From: Eukaryota sp. TZLM1-RC
Lineage: Eukaryota > Protista > Metamonada: BaSk clade
Length of the DNA stretch: 64,000 bases
Reading direction: 5' to 3'
Assembly (NCBI GenBank): GCA_040285825.1
Contig: JAUPSS010000001.1
Span: forward strand, 2,356,001 to 2,420,000
The notes below the pieces were generated by a model. It had not been told where the DNA came from, did no database searches, and worked only from the letters and a program-made list of their open reading frames with translations. Below, piece by piece: positions 1 through 12,805 of the stretch; position 1 is the stretch's first letter, and every line of letters starts with the position of its first letter. The position numbers and the translations under genes were made by a program.

Positions 1-611
1 GCTTGCTGTCTAGCTAAAGCTTCTCTAATTCGATTGAAAAACCAAGGTAATCTATTAATAATGGCAAATTGAATCCGAAAGCGCCATAAAAAATATCAAA
101 TCTTTTCATTGTTTTTTCTTGAACCATTCTTTTTGGAAATCATTCAAAAAAGTTCCTGCTTCTACTGATAGTCTTCCGTTTATCGAAAATGGGAAAGCAA
201 TTAAATCAAGTGGTCTATTTCTACCAGCATTAGCTTCTTCAATATTTTTGTCATATTCTCTATGTTTTTGTTTAGCTTTAAATTCAAGAGAACTTACAGG
301 ATTAAGTTTTCTTCTTTGAACCAAAGTTTCATTTGCAACATTACAGGAGACAAAGTCAACAACAGCTTCAAAGTTCTCAATCCAATCACAGGATACATCA
401 CCTCTATCATCTGAACCAAAACTATTCAATGACAGTGTTTCCTTCAGTAGAGGCTCTTTGATACACGAAATTCTTGCAGTTAGTGCCATATTGAAAACAG
501 TGTCTCTGACAGCATCATGTAATGAAGAACGATAAGTGATCAATTTCAAACAATTCAAAGCATGACACAAAGTGAGTTGAGGTGAATTCGAACAAATACA
601 TTTTTCTTCCT
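1..611 (-). mobile_element. 3' fragment of CRE-clade non-LTR retrotransposon (family N1), zinc finger/RLE region
   Basis: ORF 106..570 carries HALNC / HDAVRD / KEP / RGD RLE motifs and is homologous to 50428..51393; runs off the window edge. Confidence 0.85.
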
Positions 612-741
612 ATAAAAATAGTAATTGGCGAATCTACTATTGACATTTTTTCCACACATGAGAATTCAGACTAGGTTTCTTTAAAGTTGCCGAAAATTCT
701 TCTTCGGCAATTCTTAAATTTTTTTTTAAATTTTTACGTTA

Positions 742-3349
742 GTGTGCTTTGCTTTAAGCTTCAACTTAGAAGAAGATCAAAAAGATGACAAAAAATGTGT
801 TTTTTGTCAAAAACTTGTTGCTGTCAATGATTCTGGTCGACCTTTACTTTTTTTTGATTCTTGTGTTGCTGCTGATCAGCTACGTTGTCCCATTCGTGTT
901 CCTGCTCAGCTTAGTCCGTTGGCTTCGATACCTTTTGCTGTTGTTCTTCGTGCTTTTACTGAAAATCTCCGTAAAGGATTATGGGATGTCACACCGATTT
1001 GGAAGTTTTTTCGAAAGAAAAATTAGTAAGAAAATTAGCTTTAAAAGGACGTTTTGGATCTGCAAAGCAATGTCTATTTTCTTCTGATTTAGTTGAATGT
1101 TATGAGAGCACATTGTTCCAATTGAATCATCTTCATCCAGAAGAAAATTTTCATTGTCCTAATCAAGATTCAGTTGATTATTGGCTGCAAAATCCTGTCA
1201 ATGCTTCAGAGGTGTTGAAACTGATTCAGCTAATGCCTACTGGAAATGCTCCTGGGCCGTCTTTGTTAAATTCTGACATGATCAAATCAGCTGTTGGACA
1301 GTGTCCTGAAATTGCTGATAATCTTGTTCTTTTTTTTAACAATCGCCTTACGTTAAAAATTAAAGTCCCTTTTGAGATGACCAATGCTCGCTTAATTGCC
1401 CTCAAAAAAAGTCAATCCAAAATCTGACCAATTGCAATTGGAGAATCGTTTTCAAGAATTCTTGCGTCTCTTGTTTTCAATAGAATTGGGAAAAAAGCCA
1501 AATAATTTTTCAGTCCATTTCAATTTGGAATCAAGACAATTGATGGTGCTTCATCTGCTGCTCTTTCATCTGATGTGTTTTTTAATTCTAGTGATTCTAA
1601 TTACATCTTCAATTTAAATTTTAAGAATGCTTTTAATTCTGTATTTCGTTGTTCCATATTGCTTTTGCTGCGAATGCATTTTCCTGAAGTTGAGCCTTTT
1701 TTCTATTCATTTTAAGGAAAATCATCAACATTGGTCTATGAAAACTTTGACCTGCTTTCTTCTTCAGGTGTTAAACAAGGAGATCCACTTGGTCCTTTTT
1801 TTGTCTGGCAATTCGTCCTTTAATGTGCGAATTAAAAGAAAAATTCCCAGAAATAGATATTGTAGCATTTATGGATGACATTTCTGTAATTGCTCCTATT
1901 ACAATTCTGAAACAATTAGCAACGTTTATTCAACAGCATTATAAAGATATTGGTCTCTCATTGAATATCTCCAAATGTTTGATTATTGGCCATGAATTAA
2001 TTGATTTTTTCATTAATGATGTTGTCAATGTCCCCTTTATCAATTATGATCAGTCTGGTTTTCGTTTTTTGGGTTGTTATCTCGGACATATTGATGAAGT
2101 CAAAGGCCAACTTTCGACTCTGTTGACTCAATTTGGAAATGAATTAGAATCAATAGAAAATTTAAATATTGAGAAACATTTGAAATTCTTTGTCCTAAAA
2201 ATTTGTTATTCTCGGAAATTTACTCATCTTTTGAGATCAACATCACCGTCAATTTCTTTGGAGTTTTGTCGAATTTTTAATGAACAAAGAACCAATTTTT
2301 TAGCAAAATTATTGAAAATTGATGCATCTCAGTTACGAAGTCACATTTTTTTGTGGTACAAACTTTGGAGGTGTTGATTTTCATAAATCAAGCTACCTTT
2401 GAAAAGCTGCCGTTATTGGAGGTGGTAAAAATTTTATTTATGAATTTGTGGATCGTTTTCCTGAAAAAGTTGATCTCATTGAAAACTGTGGCAGCTCTTA
2501 TCTTATTTCTTTGCAACAGGAAATTGCAACTCTTTCACCCAATATTTGGTCTAAATGTTTCCCCTCTGATATTGTGGAACTTCCTCCAAGAAGCTTGCTC
2601 TCCTTACCACTGACTTTTGCAAAATTGCAGACAAAAAACTTGAAAGTTTTAGAAAACTTGGATTATATTGTACGTCTTAGCTTGGCTAAAGAAAAAAATC
2701 CCGTTTTTGCAAACTTTTTGATTGATCTTGAAAACAGTTGCTCAAGTTGCCTAATCTTCCAAATTCCCAATATTTATGGCCTTCTACTTAATGATCACCA
2801 ATTGACCACTGCAATGAGAATGAGATGTTTTCTATGGCCTTGTTCTATACCAAATGATTTAATTTGTCGCTGCAAGAGTGTTGTTACGCTTTCCCATATG
2901 TTAAACTGTAAGTATTTCATAACTTATCGCTCAATTGTTCATGACTCAGTTCGGGATCAATTATATGCCATGTGCAAAAGTTTCAATATAGAGGCATTTA
3001 TTGAGCCACTAGTACGTAAACTGTCTTCAGATCAAACGGATGATTCCTTTGGTAAAAGAAGGGCAGATTTAGTAGCTCCAGGGATCGATGGTGTTCTCAA
3101 TGTTGTGGATGTTGTCTCAGTTGATGTTTGCAAAAATTCTGCTGATCGTTTAGTGTATTCCGCTGATTCGCCGTTATCTAATGCCGAAAAAAAGAAGATA
3201 AAAAATATGAAGAACCTTTGGCACAGTTAGGTAGAGTGGAACATGTGAAATATCAGTTTGTGCCGTTTGCAATTTCTCTTTTTGGCAATATTGGACATTC
3301 AGGGTTGCACTTTTTTCAAAATTTTAAAAAAGTGTTATTGAATAGGTCT
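742..3349 (+). mobile_element. Degenerate CRE-clade non-LTR retrotransposon (family N2), RT + ZnF + RLE; 5' part, interrupted by Gypsy A
   Basis: Frameshifted ORFs with APGPS, QGDPLGP, FMDD, CRC..HMLNC, HDSVRD, EP..RADL..DV motifs; reading frame resumes at 10764 after the GTCT TSD; 5' boundary approximate. Confidence 0.85.
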
Positions 3350-3503
3350 TGATGGTCTTGGCTGTTGGTTATTGTCTGACATACAATGTGGAGTAACAGA
3401 AGTGTAATTTATTACGAAGAGGAATTGTATTCTCTCTTCTTAAGCTAACAGGCGGAATACTAATAACTAAACTATTAACTATAAATACTATTCAAGACTA
3501 ACA
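3350..3503 (-). repeat. 3' LTR of Gypsy A (154 bp)
   Basis: Exact direct repeat of 10606-10759; preceded on the minus strand by PPT GAAAGAGAGGAAAAGGCAG. Confidence 0.97.
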
Positions 3504-6500
3504 CTGCCTTTTCCTCTCTTTCGAGCGACGAGCCCTGGAAGCTCTAGTCACAGGAGGTGAACTAATGGAAATATGACGCTTCTTGGGAGGAGCGGATTTA
3601 GTACGGCGACGTGCTTTTGAAGTCTTGATAAAGTCTTTATACGCGGCAGTATTTTGGACTGTAGACACATGCTCAGTGGTGATCTCTTTTCCAGCCCATT
3701 GCACTTGGCAAAAGTCACCATCCTGACTGAGCACTTTTTCAATGATGTGTTCTTCGACATCACCTGCAGCGACCCAAGAGTGGAACTCATCGTTGGTGGG
3801 CAAGCTGGAGTGCCAGGGAGCTAAGTGTTTGACGCTAGCTTGGACAATCGTACCTGTGCAGAGATTCTTAATATTCACAGACGAATTGGATACGATTTCA
3901 GTAATTAGGAAGGGTCCTAAATAGTCTCCATGAAGCTTAGCGGAAGAACCAGATGCTCTCAATACCAATTGACCAACTTCAAAAGGGTTTGGAGTTGACG
4001 ATCTTGTTAGCTTGGAAGCTTTGGAAGCTTGATGGTGTGCTGCCTTTTCCTGTTTCTCTTTCAATCTTCGAAATTTAGATTGAATTTCTTGAATAAAAGA
4101 TGACTCAGACGTCGAGCTTTCAATGATTTCAAGGATTTTGCCAGGGTCTGATCTGGGAGACACATCTGAGCCAAAGATCACTTGGTATGGAGTGTGGTTG
4201 GTTATTGAGCTCTTGGAAGAGTTGATCAATAATTGCACATAAGGCAAGTATTCAGACCACACATCGTAGGCATTGAAGTCTACGAGCAATTTCCGTAGGT
4301 TTTGCAGGATGTCTCTGTGTCGGCGCTCTACCAAGCCGTTGGACGGAGAAAACCTAGGTATTGACTTTGACACCTCTATGCCCAAAAATTTGCTTAACTC
4401 GTCAAAGACAGCCTTGGAAAATTCGGGTCCATTATCGCTGTGGATTTGAAATGGAATACCAAAGATGGCACAGACTTTCCAAATTAATGCATCTGCAGTA
4501 AGATTGGCATTTATCTCTTTTAAAGGCACGATGATCGTGAACCTAGAGAAGCTGTCGATAAATACGAGGATGTATTTGTAGCCTTCTTGATCTTCTGGAA
4601 GAGGACCAATGACGTCGGCGTTGACGCGAGCAAAAGGTCTGTCAGCCCACAATGAACCGGTTGGGGGAACGTGCAGTTTGGGAACTGGCTTAGTTTTCTG
4701 ACAGGAGGGGCATTCTTGGACGTGCTTATTCATGTCGGTGAGCATGTTTGGCCACCAATAATCGCTGTTCCTGAGCTTGTTCAGGCTTTCAGCTTGCTTG
4801 GATGACCTCCTTGCAGAAGTCCATGCAACAAGTTAAGGGTGTCCTTAATGAGTGATTTGGGAATCACTATCTTGTTGTCGTGAGTCATATATAAATCAAG
4901 ATGATTGTTATGAACACAGTTGTTGAAAGAGGGTCTTTGGAAGCTATGGCAAGCTTCTGTTCGGACCTAATCCTACAGAGCCATGGCTCGAAAATAGGCA
5001 GGTCGTTGGAACATCGTTCTCTGATGACCATGATACGTTCGAAGTTGTTTAAGTCTTCGATGTAGTATCTTTCATTTTCTGTTCCATCAATTTTATCAAT
5101 GTAAAATATTGGATGAAAATTTGGAGGCATTTGATGGGACAAATGATTGATCTCTTGATGGTCTATAGGCGGAACTATTCGAGACAACATATCAGCCCAG
5201 AAGTTATCTTCCCCTTTGGTATGTACCAAATCAAAGCAGAATTCAGAGAATATGGGTAACCATCTTGTTACAATTCTGTTCTTCTCAGGAGCCGTGAACA
5301 TGTAGGTAAGGTTTTGATGGTCTGTGAATATAACCAGTTTCCTTCCTTTCAAGTAGTTTTCAAAACCACTTTGAGTTAACATGAGTAGGATAGCATAGAG
5401 TTCCTTTTGGTTTGTCGGCCAGTTCTTTTGCGAGTTGGTTAACAACCGGCTGAAGAAGCTGATAGGCCTACATTTCCTGTTGATCAGGGGGGTACCGGGG
5501 TCGTCGACTTGTTCGATTTGTTCCCAAATGACGCCGCCTACAGCAATGTCGGATGCATCGCAACTAATTAAAATTTGGTTGTCCAGCGGAGGTAAGCTGA
5601 GCGGCATGTGCTTCGCTATCAGTTGTTTGATCTTTTGAAGGAGTCCGTCGTGCATGTCGGTCCATTGGAGGCGTTGCGCGCGGGGTTTGGGTTTAACTTT
5701 GGAGTTATTTCCATCCTTCTTAGTCAATCTGATGATAGGAGCGATGAGCTCAGATACCTGAGGAAGCCATTCTCTAATGAAGTTGACTGATCCTACGAGG
5801 CTGCGGACGTCTTTGATTGTCTTTGGTCTAGGTAGATTCAGCAAAGATTCAACGCGAGTGGGATCGATAGTCCGCTGTTTGTTTTGGAAAACACTGCCCA
5901 GTATCTTGATTGGGTGTCTGGAAGACACGAAATGGCACTTTGGAAGTCCCAAAAAAACTCTTTTGCATCTGGCTTGATCAAGGACGCGACGGAGGCGTTC
6001 AATGAATTCGTCAAAGGTTGAACCTATGATTATGATGTCATCTATGTAAATGAAGACACCGTCTCCAGAGAAGATGTCAGCCATGACGTTTTGGAAAACG
6101 GCTGGGACATTCTTTAGGCCAAAAGCCGCACGTTTGAACATGATGCTTTTGCCAGGAATGCTCAGGGCTGTTTTCTGCCAATCCTTTTCGGCAATCTTGA
6201 GTTGCCAAAAGGCTTTGGGGAGGTCAAGGGTGCCTATGTAGTTCGCTTGGGAGAGAAATACCAGCACATCGGAGATCCTTGGAAGGTTGGGCTCAACAGG
6301 AATGGTGTTGGCGTTGACTCCGTCCTTGCCACTATAGTCACCGGTAAGGCGGGGCTTACGGTGATCTGGGTAGACCACTAGACAGACAGGGGAGCTGAAC
6401 TCATGGTTCGATGGGACAGCAAATCCTGAGTCTACGAGTTCGTCGAAAATTTGGTTAGCGACCTCTAGCCTGGCTGGATTCAGGGTCCTGGGGGGTCTTC

Positions 6501-9500
6501 TAACTCTGACGTCTTCATTGTAGAAGTTGATTTCCATGGGAGGGCAATCAATACCTTCAGCGTGAGGCTTGAGGGTAAATACGTCTTCGAACTCTTTCAA
6601 AGTTTGAAGTAGGGACTTCTTGAAATGGTCGTTGTCGAGGTTGATGGTACAACCAGATGAGTTGATGTGTTCCAACCAACGTGTGGAAACGTTGACGACT
6701 TCTGAAGCTTGCGATATTCGATGGTCGAATTCGGCTTCAGGTAATAGTAATGTGCGACAGGCGTCGTCCATTCTAATATAAATGCCCTTGTTGTTCATCA
6801 GCCCAAGGTGACTCAACAAGTCAGCACCAATGAGAATGGTCTCATGTCCAGGAACGATGCTGAACTTGTGTTTCACGTGTACAATCTGGGAAACACTGCC
6901 TAGTCTAATGCTAAGGGTTCCAGAAGCAGTACCAAGGGACTGTGAGGTAGATCCATCAGCAATCTTGTATGATATGGTTTCGTTGGAACGTGCCATGTTA
7001 CAATTACTGATGACGTCTTCTGTGACTACTGAGCATGTTGCACCGGAGTCAATTATGCCTTTAACTTCGACATTGTTGATCAAGAAGTTTAATTGTAGGC
7101 AGTTGGTTGTGGACTTTATAGATTGTACCATAAATATTGTATCGGAATCATATTCAGCTTGTTCTGAGAAGAAATTAGCTTGAATGTTATGCGTCTTGGT
7201 ATGTTCCAAGTTGGCCAAAGGATTGATTAGGGAATCTTTCCATGTTGTGTTTTCTGTGTGGGAATGTGTTGTAGTTGTAGGGGGTATGGTTTCAAAACTG
7301 TGTAAATAGTGACGGGAACGTTTATTATATGATGAAGAGCCCTTGCCTCTGCCGCGAGTGCCTCTTCGGCTACGGAAACCAGAACCTCTAGAACCTCTGC
7401 CTCGAGCTTTGTGTTGAGCTTGTTGCTCTCTCCACTTTTTGCTTCTTTGGCAGTCCTCACTAGGGCACCTTTCAGTCGGATGACCCATTTGTTTACAGAA
7501 ATTGCATTGGACGTTGACATCAGACTGAGTGGAAGACGGTTGAGTAGAGCTTCCTTCTCGTCGTTGTTGTTTTGGGTGCCTGCCAGAGCTGGAACCTCTT
7601 GTTTTGGGGATAGCAGGGGGAGAGGGTACCGTCTGTCTGCGACGGTTCTCAGTCTGAAACGAGATTCTATTTTGATACAAGAAGTCCACGTGATTGATCT
7701 GCTCCTTAAAAGATCTAGCATTACAAAAGTTTTCGTACTCTATTTGGAGAACACTGAAAAATTCTCCTAGGGTGTGGCCATCTGAGTAGTAATGGGAGGG
7801 GTTGGACCAGATCCTGAGGAGTCTGTCCCTGATGATGGTAATACCGATGCTTTCAATGACGTGAGAAGCAATTTCCCATTCGGGGAGTCGGTCGACGGGG
7901 TTTCCGTGGATGGTGATGTTTCTCATTTGATGAGTCAGGCCACGAGCATCTTGGATAGCGGTGGAACGCGTTAAGACTCTGCCTATGTTAAGCATGAAGT
8001 CTATCCATCTATTACCATAATCTCTCTCAGACCAATCCATGTTAACTGCATGTAGAGCATCCAGAGCTTGATCCAGTCTACTGAATTGGGTTCTCCTTAG
8101 GATCTGTTCCCAAATGTTGCGTTCATCTCTGCTGGTCGGGACCATCGCAGAGGAAATTGAAAGGCCAGTGCCTTGATACCTTAAAGCGTTGAGAGCTTCA
8201 TGTGTTACGCATTCAGCTAAGCCTCTGGGACCAATGCGCATGGCGGATCGGAAGAGATCCCATTCGTGAACTGGATCGCTGTCGAACCGTTGGTCAGATG
8301 CCAATTCTGCTGATCTGGCTAGTTCGAGTTCTTCGCGAAGTCTGGCAACTTCGCTGGCCAAAGCAACTTGAGCAGGGTCTTCGATATTACCTCGAGCCTC
8401 ATCGACTATTCTGTCGGTGCGACTCCAGAGAATGAATTTGTTAACAAACTTTAGGAGTTTATCAACATCTCTTAAGTCTGAAGCATCGAGAGTTGGACGT
8501 TTGGGACGGTCCCTACGTCTATTGTCCCTGTCTCTTGATCCCACCATGGAAGATAGGAGAAGGTTGCTGTCGTAAGTACTCGAGAATGTAGAACGAGAAG
8601 AACTTACTGTGGAAGGTGTTGGTTGAACCGGGGGCTGAGAACTTGTAGAACTAGTGGAAAGGAGTGTGGGTGGAACCACTGATTGTTCCATAGGCTGTGC
8701 AGGTACTGGAGTGTGTTCCATGGGTGCTAACACAGTTGGAATAGAGTCAGGAGTTGGAGACTCATCACTGACTTCCACTACAACGTCCTCTTCAGTTTGT
8801 TCCATGGGAGGATTATGCGAGGGTTGTGTGGGGGGTTCTGTAGAAGTTTCCATAGGTTGTTCAACGGAGGATGGAACTTCGTTTTGGTGAGGTTCAGGGG
8901 AAGGTTCAGTTTCTTCAATCTGGGCTGGAACCTGATATGAAGAGATCGCTGGTTGTACCAAGCGTGTCTTTTCTATGCGACCTTCTACCATGACCCATTT
9001 CAACATCCTGGATTCTATGCATCCAGGGAAAATTGTGACGAGCTGGAGAGCTCTTTGAAGATTGCCTGATCTTCTGTAATCAGGCCCACAATATGAAGCT
9101 ATATGGTCAGGACGTCTGTCGTAAAGAAAGAGTCTTTCACCATATGTGGTTTCAGTAAACCACCACCCTGTTCTATAATCTCTGTCGATGAGGATATCGA
9201 GAGATGCGTTGTACCCAGGGCTGAACCTAGGGTATGGGCAAGGGTTGTGAACATTTATGAAGAGGTTGTCTTCATCTCCAGCGAAGCGTCTGAATACTGC
9301 TTCTCGAGTAGTTCTCATGAACCTAACTCCGGGTCTTGGTTCATAAGTTGGTTCAGGGTCATTCCTGGAGGTTTCTGGGGTGATCCTTTCATCGGAAAGA
9401 AATGGACCAATTCTGGGAGAGATCCATAATCCTAAGTCGTTCTCGACTTTGGGACCGTAGAAAGGAGGCCGTTTGTTGCTCATCTCCGTGGGAGGGATGG

Positions 9501-10638
9501 CTTCTGGATCCCCTGGAATGACTCGTGTGTCCCTATATCTAGCGTAAGGGTTTTGCTGACGGGAAGCACCATGATAAACACTTGAGCTAGCGTAGGAGCT
9601 AGTTTGAGAAGGGGTAAGTTGAGCAGGTGTAGAGGATGTTCCTCTTCTAGCTTCAATCTCTCTGTCCAATCTTTTTCTGTGTTCCCAGTTTCGTTCTTCT
9701 TGGAGAAAACGCTCTATATATTCTTTAGAGACCTCACCAGGAATTTTGTCAATTTCAGAAGAAGGTGCCGTGGGAGGGACCTGATGTTGAGGTAGAGGGG
9801 AGAATTCCTTGGGAGGTTCCTCGTACTCAACCAAATCTGAAAAGATTTGTTCGTACCTTTTCCTTTGCTCTTCGGAAAGATACGAAGGAAGGTTCGAAAG
9901 GCTAGGAATGGGATCACTAGCCTGGTGAGGGGAAACAGATAGATTATTAACTCCACTAACTGTTGAAGTCAGAGGAGATCCTGAAGCTGGAACAGCAGGA
10001 TTTTGAATGTTTCTCCTAACAGTTGGAACTGGAGGGAGGAGCTGTTGAGAATGAGAGGGTGGAACCTCAGAACTAGATGAAAGGGATGAAGATGGTACTT
10101 CAATAGCCTTTGTAGAGGAGGAGGAAGAGGGTTGATCTTCTAATCCTTCCTTTGACGCGAGAGAAGGTTGAACAGTCTCTCTGTTCTGAGTAGAAGGTGA
10201 AGGTGGTACTTCAGAACTTCTTTCAGGGAGGAGAGAAGGTGGGACTTCAGACGCCCTTAAATGTGAAGGAGGAAGAGGAGCAACGGAATCCTCAACATCT
10301 TCATCGTCGTAGGAGACTAATGAAGGGCTTCTTCCTTTCGAAGGAATAGAATCCTTAGGAGGGTTGTCTCCTTCTACAGGAACGGAATCCCGAGGAGAGG
10401 AACTTCCTTCCATGGGAACGGAATCCTCAGGAAGGGAACTATCTTCCTTTGGGGTAGAACCCTCGGGAAGAGTTGCTTCAGGAAGCGCAGAAGCTTCAAC
10501 CGAAGAAGGAGGCACGGAAGCAGAGTCTGTGGTTAGTGGTGAGGAAGAGGGACCAGTCTCTTCCTCAAGGATCCTACGCTGAGCCGGGGACGACCCAATA
10601 CGTATTGATGGTCTTGGCTGTTGGTTATTGTCTGACAT
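3498..10638 (-). CDS. Gypsy A Gag-Pol polyprotein (two 1-bp homopolymer deletions near 4925 and 4795 split it)
   Basis: CNFCKQMGH..C knuckle, IDSGA protease, YIDD RT, DASD/TDH RNase H, HGLL..GH/CPSC zinc finger, DDE core (ADVIGP, HSDNG, VER), C-terminal chromo-like domain; adding 2 nt gives 7143 nt = 2381 codons. Confidence 0.9.
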
Positions 10639-10759
10639 ACAATGTGGAGTAACAGAAGTGTAATTTATTACGAAGAGGAATTGTATTCTCTCTTCTTAAG
10701 CTAACAGGCGGAATACTAATAACTAAACTATTAACTATAAATACTATTCAAGACTAACA
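10606..10759 (-). repeat. 5' LTR of Gypsy A (154 bp), contains the Gag ATG at 10638
   Basis: Direct repeat of 3350-3503. Confidence 0.97.
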
Positions 10760-10763
10760 GTCT

Positions 10764-10960
10764 GGTAAAACAATGAACTCCACTTTCTTGATAAATAGAA
10801 TTGTTTTTTGCATTTTCAAGTCTATTCCAACAATGATTTCAAAGGCACTTTTAGCTATTGGTGTAGAATATGAACGTAATGCTGTGAGTAGGTTCGGTAA
10901 TACTGACGCTTGTTTGGAGGATATTGAATTCTAGATAGATTTTACTTATTTCAATAAATA
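10764..10960 (+). mobile_element. 3' end of the N2 non-LTR element (resumes after Gypsy A)
   Basis: Encodes GKTMNSTFLINRIVFCIFK...DACLEDIEF*; the empty site AATAGGTCTGGTAAA is seen in the copy at 11641-11655 (minus). Confidence 0.85.
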
Positions 10961-11449
10961 TATCAGTTAAAAAAACTTAGAAGTTCAATGGAGTTTGCCA
11001 TGATCATTTTCCCCCTTTCTCTAGATTCCCTCTTCAATAATATTCTCAAACACACTTCAAACACCTTTTGTTCTCAATGACCTCCCTACCATCCGACGAA
11101 TGGAAGGCATTTTCTTGTTAAGTTCTTGTTGAGCACCACGTGAGAAAGAGTACAATACCATAGAGAAAGTACTTTGAATGGATTAGAATCGATGTTTAGA
11201 AGTTGAAGAAGACTACTTGGAAGATAACGATGAAGAAATAGAAGATATGGAGGATCGTTCTGTGAGGATTTCACGAGGATTCAGTGGTGCTCACTCACCT
11301 TAGTTTTTTTTGTAATTTTTATTGTGTTTCTTCAACAAGTATAGATGATTATAATAAAGACTAGTGTTAAGAATTACCAATGATTGAGGCTAACACTTGA
11401 GTAAAAACATTTTACTATTAAATAGATAAAATTTTGTTTCAGAAAACTG

Positions 11450-11672
11450 GAATATTTATTGAGATAAAAAACCATCTAGAACACAATATCCTCCACACAA
11501 GCGTCACTATTACTGAACCTACTCACAACATTACGTTCATATTCTAGACCAATAGCTAAAAGTGCCTTTGAAATCATTGTTGGAATAGACTTGAAAATGC
11601 AAAAAACAATTCTATTTAACCAGAAAGTGGAGTTCATTGTTTTACCAGACCTATTCAGTAACACTTTTTTAA
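11450..11672 (-). mobile_element. Short 5'-truncated 3'-end copy of N2
   Basis: Inverted homolog of 3325-3349 + 10764-10960; ends about 60 bp upstream of the ACR3 ATG. Confidence 0.8.
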
Positions 11673-11734
11673 AATACGATAAATAAAAAATACGGTAAAT
11701 ACTTTGTCTTCCATCACATTTATTTTTGACTGCA

Positions 11735-12805
11735 ATGATTGGAATCTTTGAGAAATACTTGACCATTTGGGTGGCTCTATGTATCATCTCAGGTACCTTG
11801 ATTGGTAACTGGATTCCTGCTATTCCGAAGTTTCTTGGAGAAACACTTACAGTCTATGAGGTCAACATTCCTATAGGACTGTTGTTATTCGGAATGATCT
11901 ATCCTATGCTTCTCAAGATCGACTTCAAAAGTGTGAAAGGCATCATGGAGCACAAGAAAGCTATTCTGATCACTCTTATCACTAACTGGCTCCTTGCACC
12001 ATTCTCTATGTTCTTGTGGTCAAAGTTATTCTTCGAGTCTATCTTTTCTACGTTTCTCACCGACACAGAACAAACGGGTTACCTTGCTGGTGCCATCCTT
12101 TTAGGAGTGGCTCCGTGTACGGCAATGGTCTTTCTGTGGAGTGTTCTCACAAAAGGATGCCCTACATATACACTTATCCAAGTTGCTGTGAATGATGTTA
12201 TTTTGATTTTCGCATTTGCCCCTATTGCCACATTTTTACTTAATGTAAGTTCAATCCCTTTCCAGGTTCGCACCATTCTGGTTTCTGTTGGGTTATTTGT
12301 TGTCTTGCCTTTCTTTTGTGCTGTTGTCACCCGGATGATCTTGCTTCGTAGACCTGGTGGGGAGAAGAAAGTTGAAGCCTTCATCAAGTTTGGAGGCAAC
12401 TTTTCCATGGTAGCTTTGTTGTCCACATTGGTTTTAATTTTTGTTTTCCAAGGCGACGCAATTCTCACTAATCCTCTTCATATTTTGTTAATCGCAGTAC
12501 CTTACACGATTCATACAGTTATTATCTTTATAATTCCATTCTTTACATCAGTGTTTTTTAAGGTGCCATTCAAATACACTGGTCCTTCATCAATGATTGC
12601 TGCTTCCAACTTTTTCGAACTTGCTGTTGCTTCCGCCATGGTGATTTATGGTCCTGAGAGCCCTGCAGTGTTGGCTACTGTAGTTGGAGTACTTACAGAA
12701 GTCCCTATCATGCTTTCTCTATGCAAGTTCATCAATTGGTATAGAGTCCGTGTTGAAGGGCCTGATGAAGAAGTTAAGCCTGCCCAAGAGGAGAGGAGGA
12801 AATGA
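11735..12805 (+). CDS. ACR3: ACR3-family arsenite/antimonite efflux transporter
   Basis: Multi-TM protein with FEKYLTIWV, MIYPML, NWL.APF, GAILLGVAPCTAMV..W, ASNFFELAVA, VVGVLTEVP.ML motifs; first ATG at 11735. Confidence 0.95.
   Translation: MIGIFEKYLTIWVALCIISGTLIGNWIPAIPKFLGETLTVYEVNIPIGLLLFGMIYPMLLKIDFKSVKGIMEHKKAILITLITNWLLAPFSMFLWSKLFFESIFSTFLTDTEQTGYLAGAILLGVAPCTAMVFLWSVLTKGCPTYTLIQVAVNDVILIFAFAPIATFLLNVSSIPFQVRTILVSVGLFVVLPFFCAVVTRMILLRRPGGEKKVEAFIKFGGNFSMVALLSTLVLIFVFQGDAILTNPLHILLIAVPYTIHTVIIFIIPFFTSVFFKVPFKYTGPSSMIAASNFFELAVASAMVIYGPESPAVLATVVGVLTEVPIMLSLCKFINWYRVRVEGPDEEVKPAQEERRK

Larger units (their letters stand above)
3350..10759 (-). mobile_element. Ty3/Gypsy (chromovirus-like) LTR retrotransposon, family A, full length
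   Basis: Identical 154-bp LTRs (TG..CA) at 3350-3503 and 10606-10759; TSD GTCT at 3346-3349 and 10760-10763; gag-PR-RT-RH-INT-chromo order. Confidence 0.97.

Noticed and set aside
5435-10582. Many antisense ORFs over the Gypsy elements
   Set aside because: Shadow ORFs of long coding strands; not conserved between families
10575-10597. TGG-starting sequence 8-10 nt downstream of the 5' LTRs as an offset tRNA PBS
   Set aside because: The following bases do not give the complement of a T arm/loop in A, B or C, and do not match the two tRNAs in the window; a full tRNA search is still needed
10606-10759. Tf1-type self-priming with the transcript 5' end
   Set aside because: No segment inside LTR A, B or C is complementary to the sequence following the LTR, apart from the junction palindrome itself
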